In this document: positions 9,102-19,272 of the stretch, one piece after another
Numbering within the stretch: position 1 is the stretch's first letter
How the letters are laid out: each line of letters opens with the position of its first letter
From: an uncultured bacterium
Lineage (GTDB): Bacteria; Verrucomicrobiota; Verrucomicrobiia; Verrucomicrobiales; DEV007
Direction of reading: 5' to 3'
Assembly (NCBI GenBank): GCA_963977015.1
Contig: CAXBMO010000024.1
Coordinates: 1 to 64,000 of the forward strand
DNA: 64,000 bases
Notes under the pieces: generated by a model
What the model was told of the DNA's origin: nothing
What the model saw: only the letters and a program-made list of their open reading frames with translations
Databases searched by the model: none
Program-made: the position numbers and the translations under genes

Positions 9102-12100
9102 TCAGCCTTGCTTGAGCGATGGAAACCGCAGGCGAATTTCTTCGATCCAGCAGTAGAGGGTTGGGACGACGAAGACCGTGAGCACGGCAACCGTCATACC
9201 GCCAAAGGTGGGGATCGCCATCGGCACCATCACATCGGAACCGCGTCCGCTGCTGGTCAGCACGGGAATCAGGGCAAGGAGCGTCGTCGCAGTTGTCATC
9301 ATGGCAGGGCGATTGCGCTTCACGGCCGCCTCGATCGTCGCTTCGCGAATGGCTTCGACTGTCTCCGGTTTGGTTTCGCGGAAGCGTTGCTGCAGGTAGG
9401 TTCCCATGAGCACGCCATCGTCTGTGGCAATCCCGAAAAGGGCGAGAAAGCCGACCCACACCGCCACGCTGAGATTGATCGGGTGAATCTGGAAGAGGGT
9501 GCGAAAGTCGATTCCCAGCAGGGTAACGTCGAGAAACCAGGGTTGGTTGTAGAGCCAGATCATCATGAACCCGCCAGACCAAGCCACGAAAATTCCACTG
9601 AAGACGAGCAACGAAGTGCTGACCCGGCGGAACTGAAGGTAGATGATCAAAAAGATGACCAGGAGGGCAAGCGGGACAATGAGGGCGAGGCGTTTCTCGG
9701 CGCGAACCTGGTTCTCGTAGGATCCGGTGAACTTGAAACTCACCCCCGCCGGAAGCTGGAACAGTCCGCGTTCGAGGTGATCCTGAATGACGGCTTCCGC
9801 CTCTTCCACCACACTGACTTCCGCATACCCGTCCTTCTTGTCGAAGATGACATACGCCACGAGGAAGGTGTCTTCACTCTTGATGGTCTGCGGTCCGCGG
9901 ACGAACTCGATTTCGGCAAGTTGCCCCAGGGGAATTTGAGTCCCATCCGGCGCAGGCACAAGAATCTCGCTGAGTTCTTCGATCGAATCCCGGCGCTCCC
10001 GCAGGTAGCGGACCCGGACCGGATAGCGTTCGCGCCCTTCGACCGTCGTCGTAATTCGTCGACCTCCGACCGCGACTTCGATCACATTCTGAACGCCGCG
10101 AATACTGATCCCGTAGCGCGCGATCGCCTCGCGATCGATGTTGATCTCAAGATAGGGTTTTCCAACAACCCGGTCCGCGAAGACTGTTGCCGGATCGATA
10201 CTGGGAACGCCTTGCAGAAGCGCCTCCAGTTCCAACGCGACGTGTTCCAGCGTTTCGAGATCCGGTCCGTAGACTTTGAGGCCCATCGGCGCGCGCATTC
10301 CGGTTTGGAGCATGACGATGCGGGTTTGAATGGGCTGAAGTTTCGGGGCGGAAGTCACTCCCGGCATGTCTGCAGCCTGGGTGATTTCCTTCCAGATATC
10401 GTCCGGTGTCTTGATGTGGTCGCGCCATTGGCGAACCCGCTTTCCCTCGTTGTTGACCGTCCATTCCGACTTGTAGGTGATGATGGTTTCAACCATGGAA
10501 ACCGGAGCCGGGTCCAGCGAACTGTCGGCCCGCCCGATTTTGCCGACGACGCTGTCCACTTCGGGAATGGCATTGATCGCTCGGTCTTGAAGTTGCAAAA
10601 TCCGCTTCGCTTCACCGATCGAGGCGTGCGGCATCGTCGTCGGCATAAAGAGAAAGGAGCCTTCGTTGAGCGCAGGCATGAATTCCTTGCCCAGGTTCTG
10701 CCAGATCAAAAGACCGCAGGTCACCACCCCAAAAACAATGCCAAGCAGGAGCCACTTCGCCCGCAGGAAAAACCGCAGAACCCGTTCGTAGATCTGGATA
10801 AAGCCCCATGCCGCCGCAATCAACCCGCCAACGAGCAAAATCACAAAAACGTGATTGAGCAAGCCATAAGCTGGGCCGAGCGGCTCCCAGGAACTCCCAA
10901 GGTAGAGCGCCACGAACGTGGCCAAGGCAAAAAGCCCGATCCGATGAAAGCGGGGTTCCTTCTCACGGACCCGGTCAAGCCGCCGCTTGAAGAGCAGGTG
11001 GATCAAAGGAGGAAGCACCGCGAGCGCGATCAGGATCGACGCCACCAGGGCAAAAGTCTTGGTGTAGGCAAGGGGCTTGAACAGTTTTCCCTCGGCTCCC
11101 TCCATCGCAAAGACGGGGAGAAAGCTCACCACCGTAGTTAGCACCGCCGTCAGAACGGCCCCGCCGACTTCGGCGCAAGCTCGGAACACCACCTCGACTC
11201 GCGCTTCCTCCTCGTCGGCTTCGTCAAGAGCCTTGAGCACGTTCTCGCAGAGCACCACTCCCATATCAACGATGGTTCCAATCGCAATCGCGATGCCTGA
11301 CAAGGCCACAATATTGGCATCGACCCCAAATCGTTCCATCGCCAAAAACGTGAGCAAAACCGCCCCTGGCAACATCATCGAAATGAGGACGGAACTTCTC
11401 AGGTGAAACACGAGCAGAAGCACCACGATGATGGTGATCAAAATCTCTTCGCTCAATGCCACCTTGAGCGTTTCGAGCGTTTCGTTGATCAATCCCGTCC
11501 GGTCATAGAACGGAACAATCGTCACCTGGCTCACCGTCCCATCTTCCAGCGACTTCTTGGGCAACCCACTCGCGATGGTCGCGATCTTTGCTTTGACGGC
11601 GTCGATCGTGGCCATGGGATTCGCACCGTAGCGGGCAACCACGACCCCACCGACGACTTCCGCCCCTGCCTTGTCGAGAACGCCTCTCCGCAGCGCCGGC
11701 CCAAAGCTGATGTTGGCGATTTTATCGAGCGTGATGGGGATATCATCCGGAGCATCGACCACGGTTTTGCGTAGGTCGTCGAGAGAAGTCACGAACCCTC
11801 TTCCCCGAATCACGTATTCGATCCGATTGATCTCAATGGTGCGTGCGCCGACATCGAGGTTGGAGTCTTTGACGGCTGCGAATACTTGGGCCAGCGAAAT
11901 CCCGTAGGCCCGCATCGCATCCGGATCGACATCGATTTGATACTCGCGCTGGAAGCCACCGATCGATGCCACCTCAGCCACGCCATCGGTCGATTGAAGC
12001 GCGTAGCGGACGTAGAAGTCCTGGATGCTGCGCAACTCCTGGAGATCCCACCCGGGCGCAGGTTTTCCCTCCGGGTCGCGTCCCTCAAGCGTATACCAGA

Positions 12101-12578
12101 AAACCTGCCCCAAAGCCGTCGCATCCGGTCCCAGCGCGGGACTCACCTCAGGGGGAAGCGTTCCGGCCGGAAGGCTGTTCAACTTTTCCAGAATCTTTGC
12201 ACGCGACCAGTCCCATTCGGCGCTTTCGTTGAAGATCACGTAAATGCTGGAGAACCCAAAATAGGAATAGCTCCGAATCGTCTTCACATCCGGAATCCCC
12301 AGCAGCGCGGCCGTGAGCGGATAGGTGATCTGGTCCTCCACGTCCTGCGGCGAACGCCCCATCCAATCGGTGAAAATGATCTGCTGGTTCTCGCCGATGT
12401 CCGGAATCGCATCGACCGGCACGGGGAAACGCGGCAGCCCCCCCAGATCCCACTGAAACGGCGCAGAGAGAATTCCCGCGACCGCGAGTGCTCCTGCGAT
12501 GAGCAGGACTATTAGCTTGTTCGTCAGGCAGAAACGGATGAACGCCGCCACCGGTCCGCCGGGTGTAGAATCGCTCAT
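9102..12578 (-). CDS. cusA: CusA/CzcA heavy-metal efflux RND permease
   Basis: VDAIPDIGENQ, GRSPQDVEDQITYPL, GIAIAIGTIVD, RPAMMT; Met-rich segment LFMPTTMP. Confidence 0.93.
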   Translation of the reverse strand: MSDSTPGGPVAAFIRFCLTNKLIVLLIAGALAVAGILSAPFQWDLGGLPRFPVPVDAIPDIGENQQIIFTDWMGRSPQDVEDQITYPLTAALLGIPDVKTIRSYSYFGFSSIYVIFNESAEWDWSRAKILEKLNSLPAGTLPPEVSPALGPDATALGQVFWYTLEGRDPEGKPAPGWDLQELRSIQDFYVRYALQSTDGVAEVASIGGFQREYQIDVDPDAMRAYGISLAQVFAAVKDSNLDVGARTIEINRIEYVIRGRGFVTSLDDLRKTVVDAPDDIPITLDKIANISFGPALRRGVLDKAGAEVVGGVVVARYGANPMATIDAVKAKIATIASGLPKKSLEDGTVSQVTIVPFYDRTGLINETLETLKVALSEEILITIIVVLLLVFHLRSSVLISMMLPGAVLLTFLAMERFGVDANIVALSGIAIAIGTIVDMGVVLCENVLKALDEADEEEARVEVVFRACAEVGGAVLTAVLTTVVSFLPVFAMEGAEGKLFKPLAYTKTFALVASILIALAVLPPLIHLLFKRRLDRVREKEPRFHRIGLFALATFVALYLGSSWEPLGPAYGLLNHVFVILLVGGLIAAAWGFIQIYERVLRFFLRAKWLLLGIVFGVVTCGLLIWQNLGKEFMPALNEGSFLFMPTTMPHASIGEAKRILQLQDRAINAIPEVDSVVGKIGRADSSLDPAPVSMVETIITYKSEWTVNNEGKRVRQWRDHIKTPDDIWKEITQAADMPGVTSAPKLQPIQTRIVMLQTGMRAPMGLKVYGPDLETLEHVALELEALLQGVPSIDPATVFADRVVGKPYLEINIDREAIARYGISIRGVQNVIEVAVGGRRITTTVEGRERYPVRVRYLRERRDSIEELSEILVPAPDGTQIPLGQLAEIEFVRGPQTIKSEDTFLVAYVIFDKKDGYAEVSVVEEAEAVIQDHLERGLFQLPAGVSFKFTGSYENQVRAEKRLALIVPLALLVIFLIIYLQFRRVSTSLLVFSGIFVAWSGGFMMIWLYNQPWFLDVTLLGIDFRTLFQIHPINLSVAVWVGFLALFGIATDDGVLMGTYLQQRFRETKPETVEAIREATIEAAVKRNRPAMMTTATTLLALIPVLTSSGRGSDVMVPMAIPTFGGMTVAVLTVFVVPTLYCWIEEIRLRFPSLKQG

Positions 12579-12581
12579 AGG

Positions 12582-14963
12582 TTAGTGCTGGTGGGCGGCG
12601 GGTTTCTTGCCTTCCGGCGTCGGCGCATCGTCGGCTCCCGCCAATTGCCCGCTGATTTCTCCGCACTTCAGCATTTTCGCGCCGAAGTAGGGATTGAGGA
12701 TGTCATTGCCAGACTGGAGCCAGTCCGCGCCTTGGTCCTTGAACGCCATTGGGCAATGGGCTTTGAAGACGGTTTGGTCGAGTCCACCGCCAAAAACCGT
12801 CACCAGGGTTTCCATGGATTCGGAAAGCGCCTTGAACGTGATACGCTGAAGGGCCAGAGAGTCGGTTGCGGCAATGGATTGGGCCGAGCCCGCCAACGCA
12901 CCGGACAGGGAATGAAGCAGAAAGGCTGCCTGCGGGTTGGACTCCGCCACTTCCGTGAGCAACGCAGCCTCGCTCTTGAGATTCGTCGCCGCCTCTTGGG
13001 CTTTCGCCAATGAATCACCGGCCAGGGAAGTTTGAACTGCAAAATAGGCGTCCACCACCTTGCCGACGACCTTCGTTCCAGTTTCGCCCAGCGACATGGG
13101 TTTGGGCTCGGCCACCTGATCACGCACTTCGCCGCATTGCAGCATCATCGCGCCAAAATACGGATTCAGCAGGTTCTGGTCGGGCTGCAGCCAAGTTGCG
13201 CCCTGGTCGTCAAAGGCCATGGGACAAAAGTGGGTGTAGACCGGCAAATGCGCGGTACCAAAACGCCGCACCATTTCATCGACGAGCTGAGTCAGATCCT
13301 GAAACCCGATGCGGAACGGCTCGATTTCCTCGCGGGTTGCAAGCTTTGAAACAGATGCCTGGAGGCGGCTCGAAAAATCCGACCAGACATTCCGCGCACC
13401 GGGTGAGAGGATATCCACCTTCATGGCCGCCAGGTTTTTCGTCAGGCGATCAGCCGCGGTGTGCGCATCGGGAAGGCTGTCGTTGGCCAACGCCCGCTGA
13501 ATCGCAAAATACGCCTCAAGAAGACCGTCGATTCCGGTGAGAAAATCCGCAGGAACCTCCTCCTTGGGAAAGAGAAGTTCGCCACCCTCTCCCGGAAGCA
13601 TCATGCTGGTCCGCGCCTGGATCTGAAGCGCGCTATCGATCGCGAACGCCCCTTCACTGACGACTCGCTCGCCCTCTTTCAACCCCGCCTCGACCAAATA
13701 GACATCGTTGGCCCGCGCGCCGAGAAGAATCTCCCGCCCCTCATAAGTCGGCTCCTCCGTGTCGGGTTTCTCAACGTAAACGACCGAACGCTTTCCGGTG
13801 TTGAGGACGGCGCTCACCGGCACCACGAGCGGGCCCTTGCCGTCAGGCGCGACAACGGAATACCCCAGCTTCTCGGCCGGGACGAGTTCCATCCCGCAGA
13901 CGTCGCACGTGCCGGGGCCGTCTTTGACGATCTCAGGATGCATCGGGCTGATCCATTTTCCGGCGAGACTGGGATCGATGACTCGCCCCGATCCGGCAAC
14001 CTTGGCCGATACGACACCCCTGACGAACATGCCCGGCTTGAGCAACTCGTCGGGATTGTCGAAATTCACCCGGACCTTCACGGTTCGCGTCTTCGCATCC
14101 AGTTCGGGGGCGATGAAGGAAATCTGACCAGTAAACACCGTTCCGGGAATTGCTTCCGCCGTGAACTCGACCATTTGCCCAAATCGCAGCCAAGGTTTGT
14201 CGGACTCATAGGCGTCAAACACGACCCAAAGTTCATCGAGCGTATTGATCGTAAAGAGCGGCATCCCGGTCATGACGTATTCGCCCTCCTTCACGTTCTT
14301 GCTGGTTACGATTCCGGTCGCCGGCGCATCGATCATGAGTTGATCGGAGGTCTTCCCGGAGGCTTCGATTTCGTCGATCCGAGATTTGGGAAAGCCCCAG
14401 AGGCGAAGCTTGTCCCTCGCGATCCGGACCGCACCCACGTTGTTAAAACGCTTCGCAGTGAGCAACTCGCTTTGCGCAGCGAGCAATTCCGGGCTGTAGA
14501 TTTTTCCGAGATGATCGCCCTCGCTGACCCGGATGCCGTTGTAGTCCACGAAGAGCTTGTCCATCCGCCCCGGAAACCGGGCAGAGATCATTGCCTGTTT
14601 CGTTTCATCGTAGGTCACCGCGCCATAAAGCCGGATCTCCGCATCGGGATAGCGCCGCACCACCTCAGAAGTGGTAATCCCGGCTAGGATTTTCGCCGCG
14701 GGAGACATGGAATAGTTCCGCCCTTCACCGCCGCCGCCCAGTTGGCTCAAGGGAATCAAATCCATCGCACAGATGGGACACTTGCCGGGTTTGGGAGCCT
14801 GCACCTGGGGATGCATCGAGCAGGTCCAGATTTCAGCGGCAGCGCTGGCCGATCCGCCCTTGCCGCTTGTGGCCGCATGATCGTGACCGCCCCCGCCAAA
14901 CAGCAGCGCTCCGACGATCACTCCCAATACGAGAGCGAGAACCAAAGGAACATACTTCTTCAT
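12582..14963 (-). CDS. cusB: CusB-type periplasmic adaptor with metal-binding MHP motifs and two C-terminal DUF3347-like repeats
   Basis: WTCSMHP..PGKCPICAMDL, SPMHP..CDVCGMEL, YSPEL, LLKPGMF; CPMA...NPYFG..ML.CG twice. Confidence 0.88.
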   Translation of the reverse strand: MKKYVPLVLALVLGVIVGALLFGGGGHDHAATSGKGGSASAAAEIWTCSMHPQVQAPKPGKCPICAMDLIPLSQLGGGGEGRNYSMSPAAKILAGITTSEVVRRYPDAEIRLYGAVTYDETKQAMISARFPGRMDKLFVDYNGIRVSEGDHLGKIYSPELLAAQSELLTAKRFNNVGAVRIARDKLRLWGFPKSRIDEIEASGKTSDQLMIDAPATGIVTSKNVKEGEYVMTGMPLFTINTLDELWVVFDAYESDKPWLRFGQMVEFTAEAIPGTVFTGQISFIAPELDAKTRTVKVRVNFDNPDELLKPGMFVRGVVSAKVAGSGRVIDPSLAGKWISPMHPEIVKDGPGTCDVCGMELVPAEKLGYSVVAPDGKGPLVVPVSAVLNTGKRSVVYVEKPDTEEPTYEGREILLGARANDVYLVEAGLKEGERVVSEGAFAIDSALQIQARTSMMLPGEGGELLFPKEEVPADFLTGIDGLLEAYFAIQRALANDSLPDAHTAADRLTKNLAAMKVDILSPGARNVWSDFSSRLQASVSKLATREEIEPFRIGFQDLTQLVDEMVRRFGTAHLPVYTHFCPMAFDDQGATWLQPDQNLLNPYFGAMMLQCGEVRDQVAEPKPMSLGETGTKVVGKVVDAYFAVQTSLAGDSLAKAQEAATNLKSEAALLTEVAESNPQAAFLLHSLSGALAGSAQSIAATDSLALQRITFKALSESMETLVTVFGGGLDQTVFKAHCPMAFKDQGADWLQSGNDILNPYFGAKMLKCGEISGQLAGADDAPTPEGKKPAAHQH

Positions 14964-16237
14964 TGCGCAGCCTCCTCCAGGGGTTCGGTCAGGGCCCGGA
15001 TTTGCCAGGCCGCCTTGTGCGCATCAGCTAGAGCGCGGGTCCGCATCAATCGCAGGTCCAGCAGAACGCGTTCCGCTTCGATTAAATCCGTCAGGCTCGC
15101 CTTGTCATTGCGAAAGTCCTCCTCGGTGAGATCAGCGGCTTGGGTTGCCGCCGGGATGAGATTTTCGCTGTAATTCTCCAGGCGATCCGTGGCTTCTCTT
15201 TGGGCGGCCTGAAGTCGGACCGCCTCAGCCAGGAGCGCCTGCTCCGTCGCTTCCAGGCCGGCATCCGCCATCGCCGTCATCGCCGCGGCTTCTTCACGTT
15301 CCGCCTGATATTTCTGACGACGGATGGGCAACTTCACCCCCAGCATCACGGCACCGGCCGTCTCTCCTCCGTCACCAATATCAATCGCGTTGGCGCCCAG
15401 CGTGAACCCCGGCCGGTTGCTCTTTCCCGCAAGGGCCTCGGCTTCTTTGGCCGATTGGATGCTCGCCTCAGCCAGGCGGAGCCTCGGATGACGAGCCCGC
15501 ACCTCCGACTGAATGGCATCCAGCGAACGTCGTGTCGGCGTTTGCTGCGGCAGACTCGGCCATGGGAGAGGTGGACCATCCGGTGTTCGCCCCAACAACG
15601 CTTTCAGCTGCGCGTCCAGCCCCGGACGTTGCTCGCGCAGGGTCGCCACTTCCTGATCGGCCACCGCCAGTTCCACGTCGAGCCGCAAGCTGGTCGCCAG
15701 GCTTCCACCCGCGCGCACCTTTTGCTCAACCACCGGCTTAATCTGTTGGAGAAGCCCCAGATTTTCGACGGCGCGATCGGTCGCCCGTTTCAGATAGGCA
15801 TATTCGATCCGCGCCAACCCCACCTTCTCAATCACCCGGCGTCGCGCCACGTCATAACGGTAGTAGGCCATCCGGGCATTTGCATCCGCCACGCGCTGGC
15901 GCAGCTTCAGCACTCCCGGCCACGGAAACGATTGCGAGACCGCGAACGTTCGCTCCTGTGGTCCCGTCCGGGTTTCCACGCTGGACAGGAATTCCGAGTA
16001 GGTCAACATGGGCTCATCCAGAGCCCTGACTTGGAGGCCTTTACGACTTGCCGCCTGATAAGCCTGGAAGGCGGCAGTCACCTCCGGGTTCGACTTCAAC
16101 GCTTCAACGAGATAGGCGTCATGAGCAATGCATCTCAGCGGGAAGAGAATGACACCAATGAGAAAGTAGGTTCGATACATGAAAAAGTGATTCGATTTGA
16201 GAAAAAAGAGAAAGGAGAGCGGAGCGGGCGAGAACAC
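14960..16237 (-). CDS. TolC-family outer-membrane channel of the Cus-like system (start uncertain, possibly 16180)
   Basis: OEP pattern (ALKSNPEV, SQSFPWPG, RHPRL, DLIEAER); 4-nt overlap with cusB. Confidence 0.85.
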   Translation of the reverse strand: MFSPAPLSFLFFLKSNHFFMYRTYFLIGVILFPLRCIAHDAYLVEALKSNPEVTAAFQAYQAASRKGLQVRALDEPMLTYSEFLSSVETRTGPQERTFAVSQSFPWPGVLKLRQRVADANARMAYYRYDVARRRVIEKVGLARIEYAYLKRATDRAVENLGLLQQIKPVVEQKVRAGGSLATSLRLDVELAVADQEVATLREQRPGLDAQLKALLGRTPDGPPLPWPSLPQQTPTRRSLDAIQSEVRARHPRLRLAEASIQSAKEAEALAGKSNRPGFTLGANAIDIGDGGETAGAVMLGVKLPIRRQKYQAEREEAAAMTAMADAGLEATEQALLAEAVRLQAAQREATDRLENYSENLIPAATQAADLTEEDFRNDKASLTDLIEAERVLLDLRLMRTRALADAHKAAWQIRALTEPLEEAAQ

Positions 16238-16268
16238 ACCGCGACCGAGCGAAGAGATCCTTTCCCGA

Positions 16269-16634
16269 TCAAATCAAAAACACGCCGTAACAAACGTGGA
16301 GGGGACAGACGGGCGGTGGATTTACGCTGGTAAACCGCACGCGTTCTGAGTCCCGCACCTCTGCCTCAAGCGATTCGAGTCCTTCTTCACGTCCTTTTGG
16401 AATCTGAACATACAAATCCCCGTTAGGAGGCCCATCGATCGACTTGGGAGGAAATTGCAGCTCCAGGCTATCAGCTCGATCGCAATGAGGACAGGGAACG
16501 TCCTCAGAGTTGACGGGAGCATGGCAACAAGCGGCCTCCACCGCATCTTCAACCATCTGCGGGCAGGGACAAAACGGCAACATCGCCGTCTGGACACAGC
16601 CAATGAGAAACAAAATGCAGATGGTTTTCACCAT
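16269..16634 (-). CDS. Small exported Cys/His-rich protein heading the metal-efflux operon
   Basis: CPCP, CCH, CPHC, PPPV..LH.CY.VFLI; a common position for DUF2946-like metal-binding proteins. Confidence 0.6.
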   Translation of the reverse strand: MVKTICILFLIGCVQTAMLPFCPCPQMVEDAVEAACCHAPVNSEDVPCPHCDRADSLELQFPPKSIDGPPNGDLYVQIPKGREEGLESLEAEVRDSERVRFTSVNPPPVCPLHVCYGVFLI

Positions 16635-16642
16635 GGGGAATC

Positions 16643-16669
16643 AATCTATTAGGAATCCTTAATTGTCAA
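16643..16669 (-). promoter_or_regulatory. Candidate sigma70 promoter of the metal-efflux operon
   Basis: Perfect TTGACA (16664-16669) and TAGATT 15 nt downstream; spacer contains the palindrome AGGATTCCT. The spacing is suboptimal. Confidence 0.35.
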
Positions 16670-16757
16670 AGATTTTTCCCCTAACCGGATTCCAGATCTT
16701 GGCCCCAACCCCAGTGGAGTTTGCGCGATCGTAGGAAGGCTGAATCGGAATCCCACA

Positions 16758-17432
16758 TTACTCCACGCTCACGCCTTTGGGCTTGGCGGAGGTGATGAGG
16801 GCGGCGTAACCGGTTTGCTTCCAGAAGCGCTCGAAGTCGGTTTTGTTGACGTCGACATGGCCGTATTGGGGATCCATGACGAGGAGTTGATCGTGGCTTT
16901 CGCCCATGACGACGAGGTAATGGGCTTTGAGCTGGTTGCCCCAGCCGTTGACCTGAAGGGTGCGTCGATCAAGCGTTTCGATCACGGGAAGATTCTGGGC
17001 AAAGTAGCGGCCGACGGGAAGCTCGACTGCGACGAGGACAGGGCGGCCTTTGCTGAGGTGGCCGCTAAGCTGCTTCATGGGGTTCTGGTCGAGGGTGACG
17101 GCGAAGGCGAGAAGTTCTTCGGCGACGGCGATTTCGCGAAGCTGGAGGAGCGGGTAGCCGGTGGGGGAATTTGGCGGGTAGGTTTCCCGAAGTTGGGGCT
17201 CGGTGAGGGTGGCGTCTTCCTGCCAGTAGCGGATGAGGCTGGTGAGGGCGGCGGCTCCACAACTGCGTTGGCCGCTTTGCTTGACGACGGGGACTTTGCT
17301 GTAGCGGAAATCGACGTGCTTGAGACGAAAGGCGTAGTCCTCGTCTTTGGATTGCGTGGTGGTTTCACAGCCAACAAGCAGGAGCGTGGTGACGAAGACC
17401 AGGGCATTGCAAAATCGGCTCCAGCTTCTCAT
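16758..17432 (-). CDS. Stand-alone C39-family cysteine peptidase, lipoprotein
   Basis: Lipobox LLVGC; Q...SCGAAAL, HYLVVMG, VMDP catalytic pattern. Confidence 0.8.
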   Translation of the reverse strand: MRSWSRFCNALVFVTTLLLVGCETTTQSKDEDYAFRLKHVDFRYSKVPVVKQSGQRSCGAAALTSLIRYWQEDATLTEPQLRETYPPNSPTGYPLLQLREIAVAEELLAFAVTLDQNPMKQLSGHLSKGRPVLVAVELPVGRYFAQNLPVIETLDRRTLQVNGWGNQLKAHYLVVMGESHDQLLVMDPQYGHVDVNKTDFERFWKQTGYAALITSAKPKGVSVE

Positions 17433-17466
17433 TGGTGAGGGGGCTAAGTCGTGGCAGTGTATTTGC

Positions 17467-17988
17467 ATGTCAGACCCCTCCCCTGCCAGCGAAATTCAGA
17501 TGGTGCAACAAGCGATCAGCTTTGCGGCCCGCGCGCACAAGTTTCATACGCGCAAAGATGGCGATACGCCGTATGTGGCGCATCCCTTCCGCGTGTTTTT
17601 TGTGGTGCGCCATGTTTTTGGCGTGGAGGATCCGGTCGCGCTGTGTGCAGCGCTGCTTCACGATACGATTGAGGATACGACGACGGATTATGATGATGTG
17701 TTGGAGGAGTTTGGCGCCGAGGTGGCAGATGCGGTGGCGGCGCTGACGAAGGATATGCGGTTGCGTGAAGATCTGCGCGAACCGGCGTATGATGCGCAGT
17801 TGGCGGAATCATCCTGGCAGGCGCGGTTGGTGAAGTTGGGCGATGTGTATGACAATTTTTGCGATGGGAGGCATCTTAAGTCGCTCAAGAGTATCCGGGA
17901 GAAGGCCGACCGGGCGATCGCCTGTGCGGGGGATGATGCGCGGTTGAAAGCTGCGGTGGCGACGCTTCGCGAGTTGGTGGCTTCGTAA
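17467..17988 (+). CDS. HD-domain small alarmone hydrolase (Mesh1/SpoT-hydrolase-like)
   Basis: AH..H.RK...PY..HP, ALLHDTIEDT, VKLGD..DN; no synthetase domain. Confidence 0.85.
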   Translation: MSDPSPASEIQMVQQAISFAARAHKFHTRKDGDTPYVAHPFRVFFVVRHVFGVEDPVALCAALLHDTIEDTTTDYDDVLEEFGAEVADAVAALTKDMRLREDLREPAYDAQLAESSWQARLVKLGDVYDNFCDGRHLKSLKSIREKADRAIACAGDDARLKAAVATLRELVAS

Positions 17989-18110
17989 CCTGTTTTCGAT
18001 TCCTTCCCGGAAGTTGAATCGCGTCTCACCACGACTGCAGCGCCAGGAACCAGTTCTTGACCGTCTGAACAGACTATCGCAAGCTCACCCTTCCTCGGAG
18101 TCCCCGGATC

Positions 18111-18323
18111 ATGACAAAAGCCAAACTCTTTCTGCTTACCATTATTTTGGTCTGTCTAGGCGTTTTCATCGCGCTGAATACACAAACCATCGAACTCAAC
18201 CTGGCGTTCACTACGGTTAGTATGAGTCGTTCCGTGATGCTGTTGATGGTTCTAGCCGCAGGGTTCGCCTTGGGATGGATTACCCGGTCACTCGGCTCTC
18301 TCCGGGCAAAGTTGGGAGGTTGA
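18111..18323 (+). CDS. LapA-family small membrane protein
   Basis: Two TM segments with FIALNTQ.IELNL between them. Confidence 0.75.
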   Translation: MTKAKLFLLTIILVCLGVFIALNTQTIELNLAFTTVSMSRSVMLLMVLAAGFALGWITRSLGSLRAKLGG

Positions 18324-18342
18324 TTTCCCGAAGCGCCTTCCG

Positions 18343-19272
18343 TTAAGCACTCTGACGCTTGAGGATTGTGGCTCGGATCTCGCGGAGTGTGGCGAGATTG
18401 CCGCGACCACCGAGCCCTTTGGTATTGAGGGCGGCCATGGCGCTGGCAATTCGGGCGCACTCGGTGAGTTCCCAATTTTGCGCGAGTCCGGTGAGGAAGG
18501 CTCCGTGATAGACGTCGCCACAGCCAGTGGTGTCGATGGCGTCTTCGACCGGAAAGGCCGGTTGGTGGAAGGATTCGCGACCGCGCAAGAAAATCCAGCT
18601 TCCGGCGAGGCCGTCGGTAATGACAACGAGGCTGGGCCCGGCCTGTTGAATGACGGCGGCGGCATCCGCGATGTCGTCGGTAAGAGCAAAGCGTTCGGCC
18701 CATTCCCGCGCGACAATCGCGATATCGACGAGAGGAATGAACTCGCGCATGGCTTCGCGAAAGCGATGGGCACCGCCATCAAACGAAACCCGGGTATCAG
18801 CGGCTTTGGCGCGTTGCGCAGCCTCGAACATCGCCTCCCAGTGGCGCCCGTTGGTGTGGAGAATGCTGGCGGATTCGATGACGCCTTCGGGAAGTTGCCC
18901 GGCGGTGAGTTCGGGAACGGAACCGGCGGAAAAAGCGATGCTGCGCCCACCGTCGCGCCGTCGCACCCAAACGGAGGCGATGCAGGAGGTGGTCTCGGGA
19001 AGGCGAGGAGCGTGTTCCATCCCCACGCCGAGTTTGATGAGTTCGCGCTGAATCAGTTCTCCCCGCCAATCATCGCCGAGTTGATCGATGAGCCCCGTCG
19101 TTGCGCCCAACACGGACGCGGCGGCAAGGGCGGTCGAAACCGGGCCTCCACCTTGAAGCGTGGATTCATCCGTTCGCTGGACGCCTTCTTCGCCCGGAAA
19201 CTCGTCCACCCGCATCAACAGATCGAGCGTGCAAACGCCGAGCCCGACCAGATCCAACGTCTTCTCAGCCAT
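18343..19272 (-). CDS. PfkB/ribokinase-family carbohydrate kinase
   Basis: GGGPVSTA, ITDGLAGS, DTTGCGDVYHGAF. Confidence 0.9.
   Translation of the reverse strand: MAEKTLDLVGLGVCTLDLLMRVDEFPGEEGVQRTDESTLQGGGPVSTALAAASVLGATTGLIDQLGDDWRGELIQRELIKLGVGMEHAPRLPETTSCIASVWVRRRDGGRSIAFSAGSVPELTAGQLPEGVIESASILHTNGRHWEAMFEAAQRAKAADTRVSFDGGAHRFREAMREFIPLVDIAIVAREWAERFALTDDIADAAAVIQQAGPSLVVITDGLAGSWIFLRGRESFHQPAFPVEDAIDTTGCGDVYHGAFLTGLAQNWELTECARIASAMAALNTKGLGGRGNLATLREIRATILKRQSA

Noticed and set aside
9045-11141. 698-aa plus-strand ORF, and similar long ORFs at 4690-6222, 29325-31007, 40201-41799, 42244-43830 and 44029-45426
   Set aside because: Antisense shadows of well-supported genes, expected from GC-rich codon bias; no recognisable motifs.
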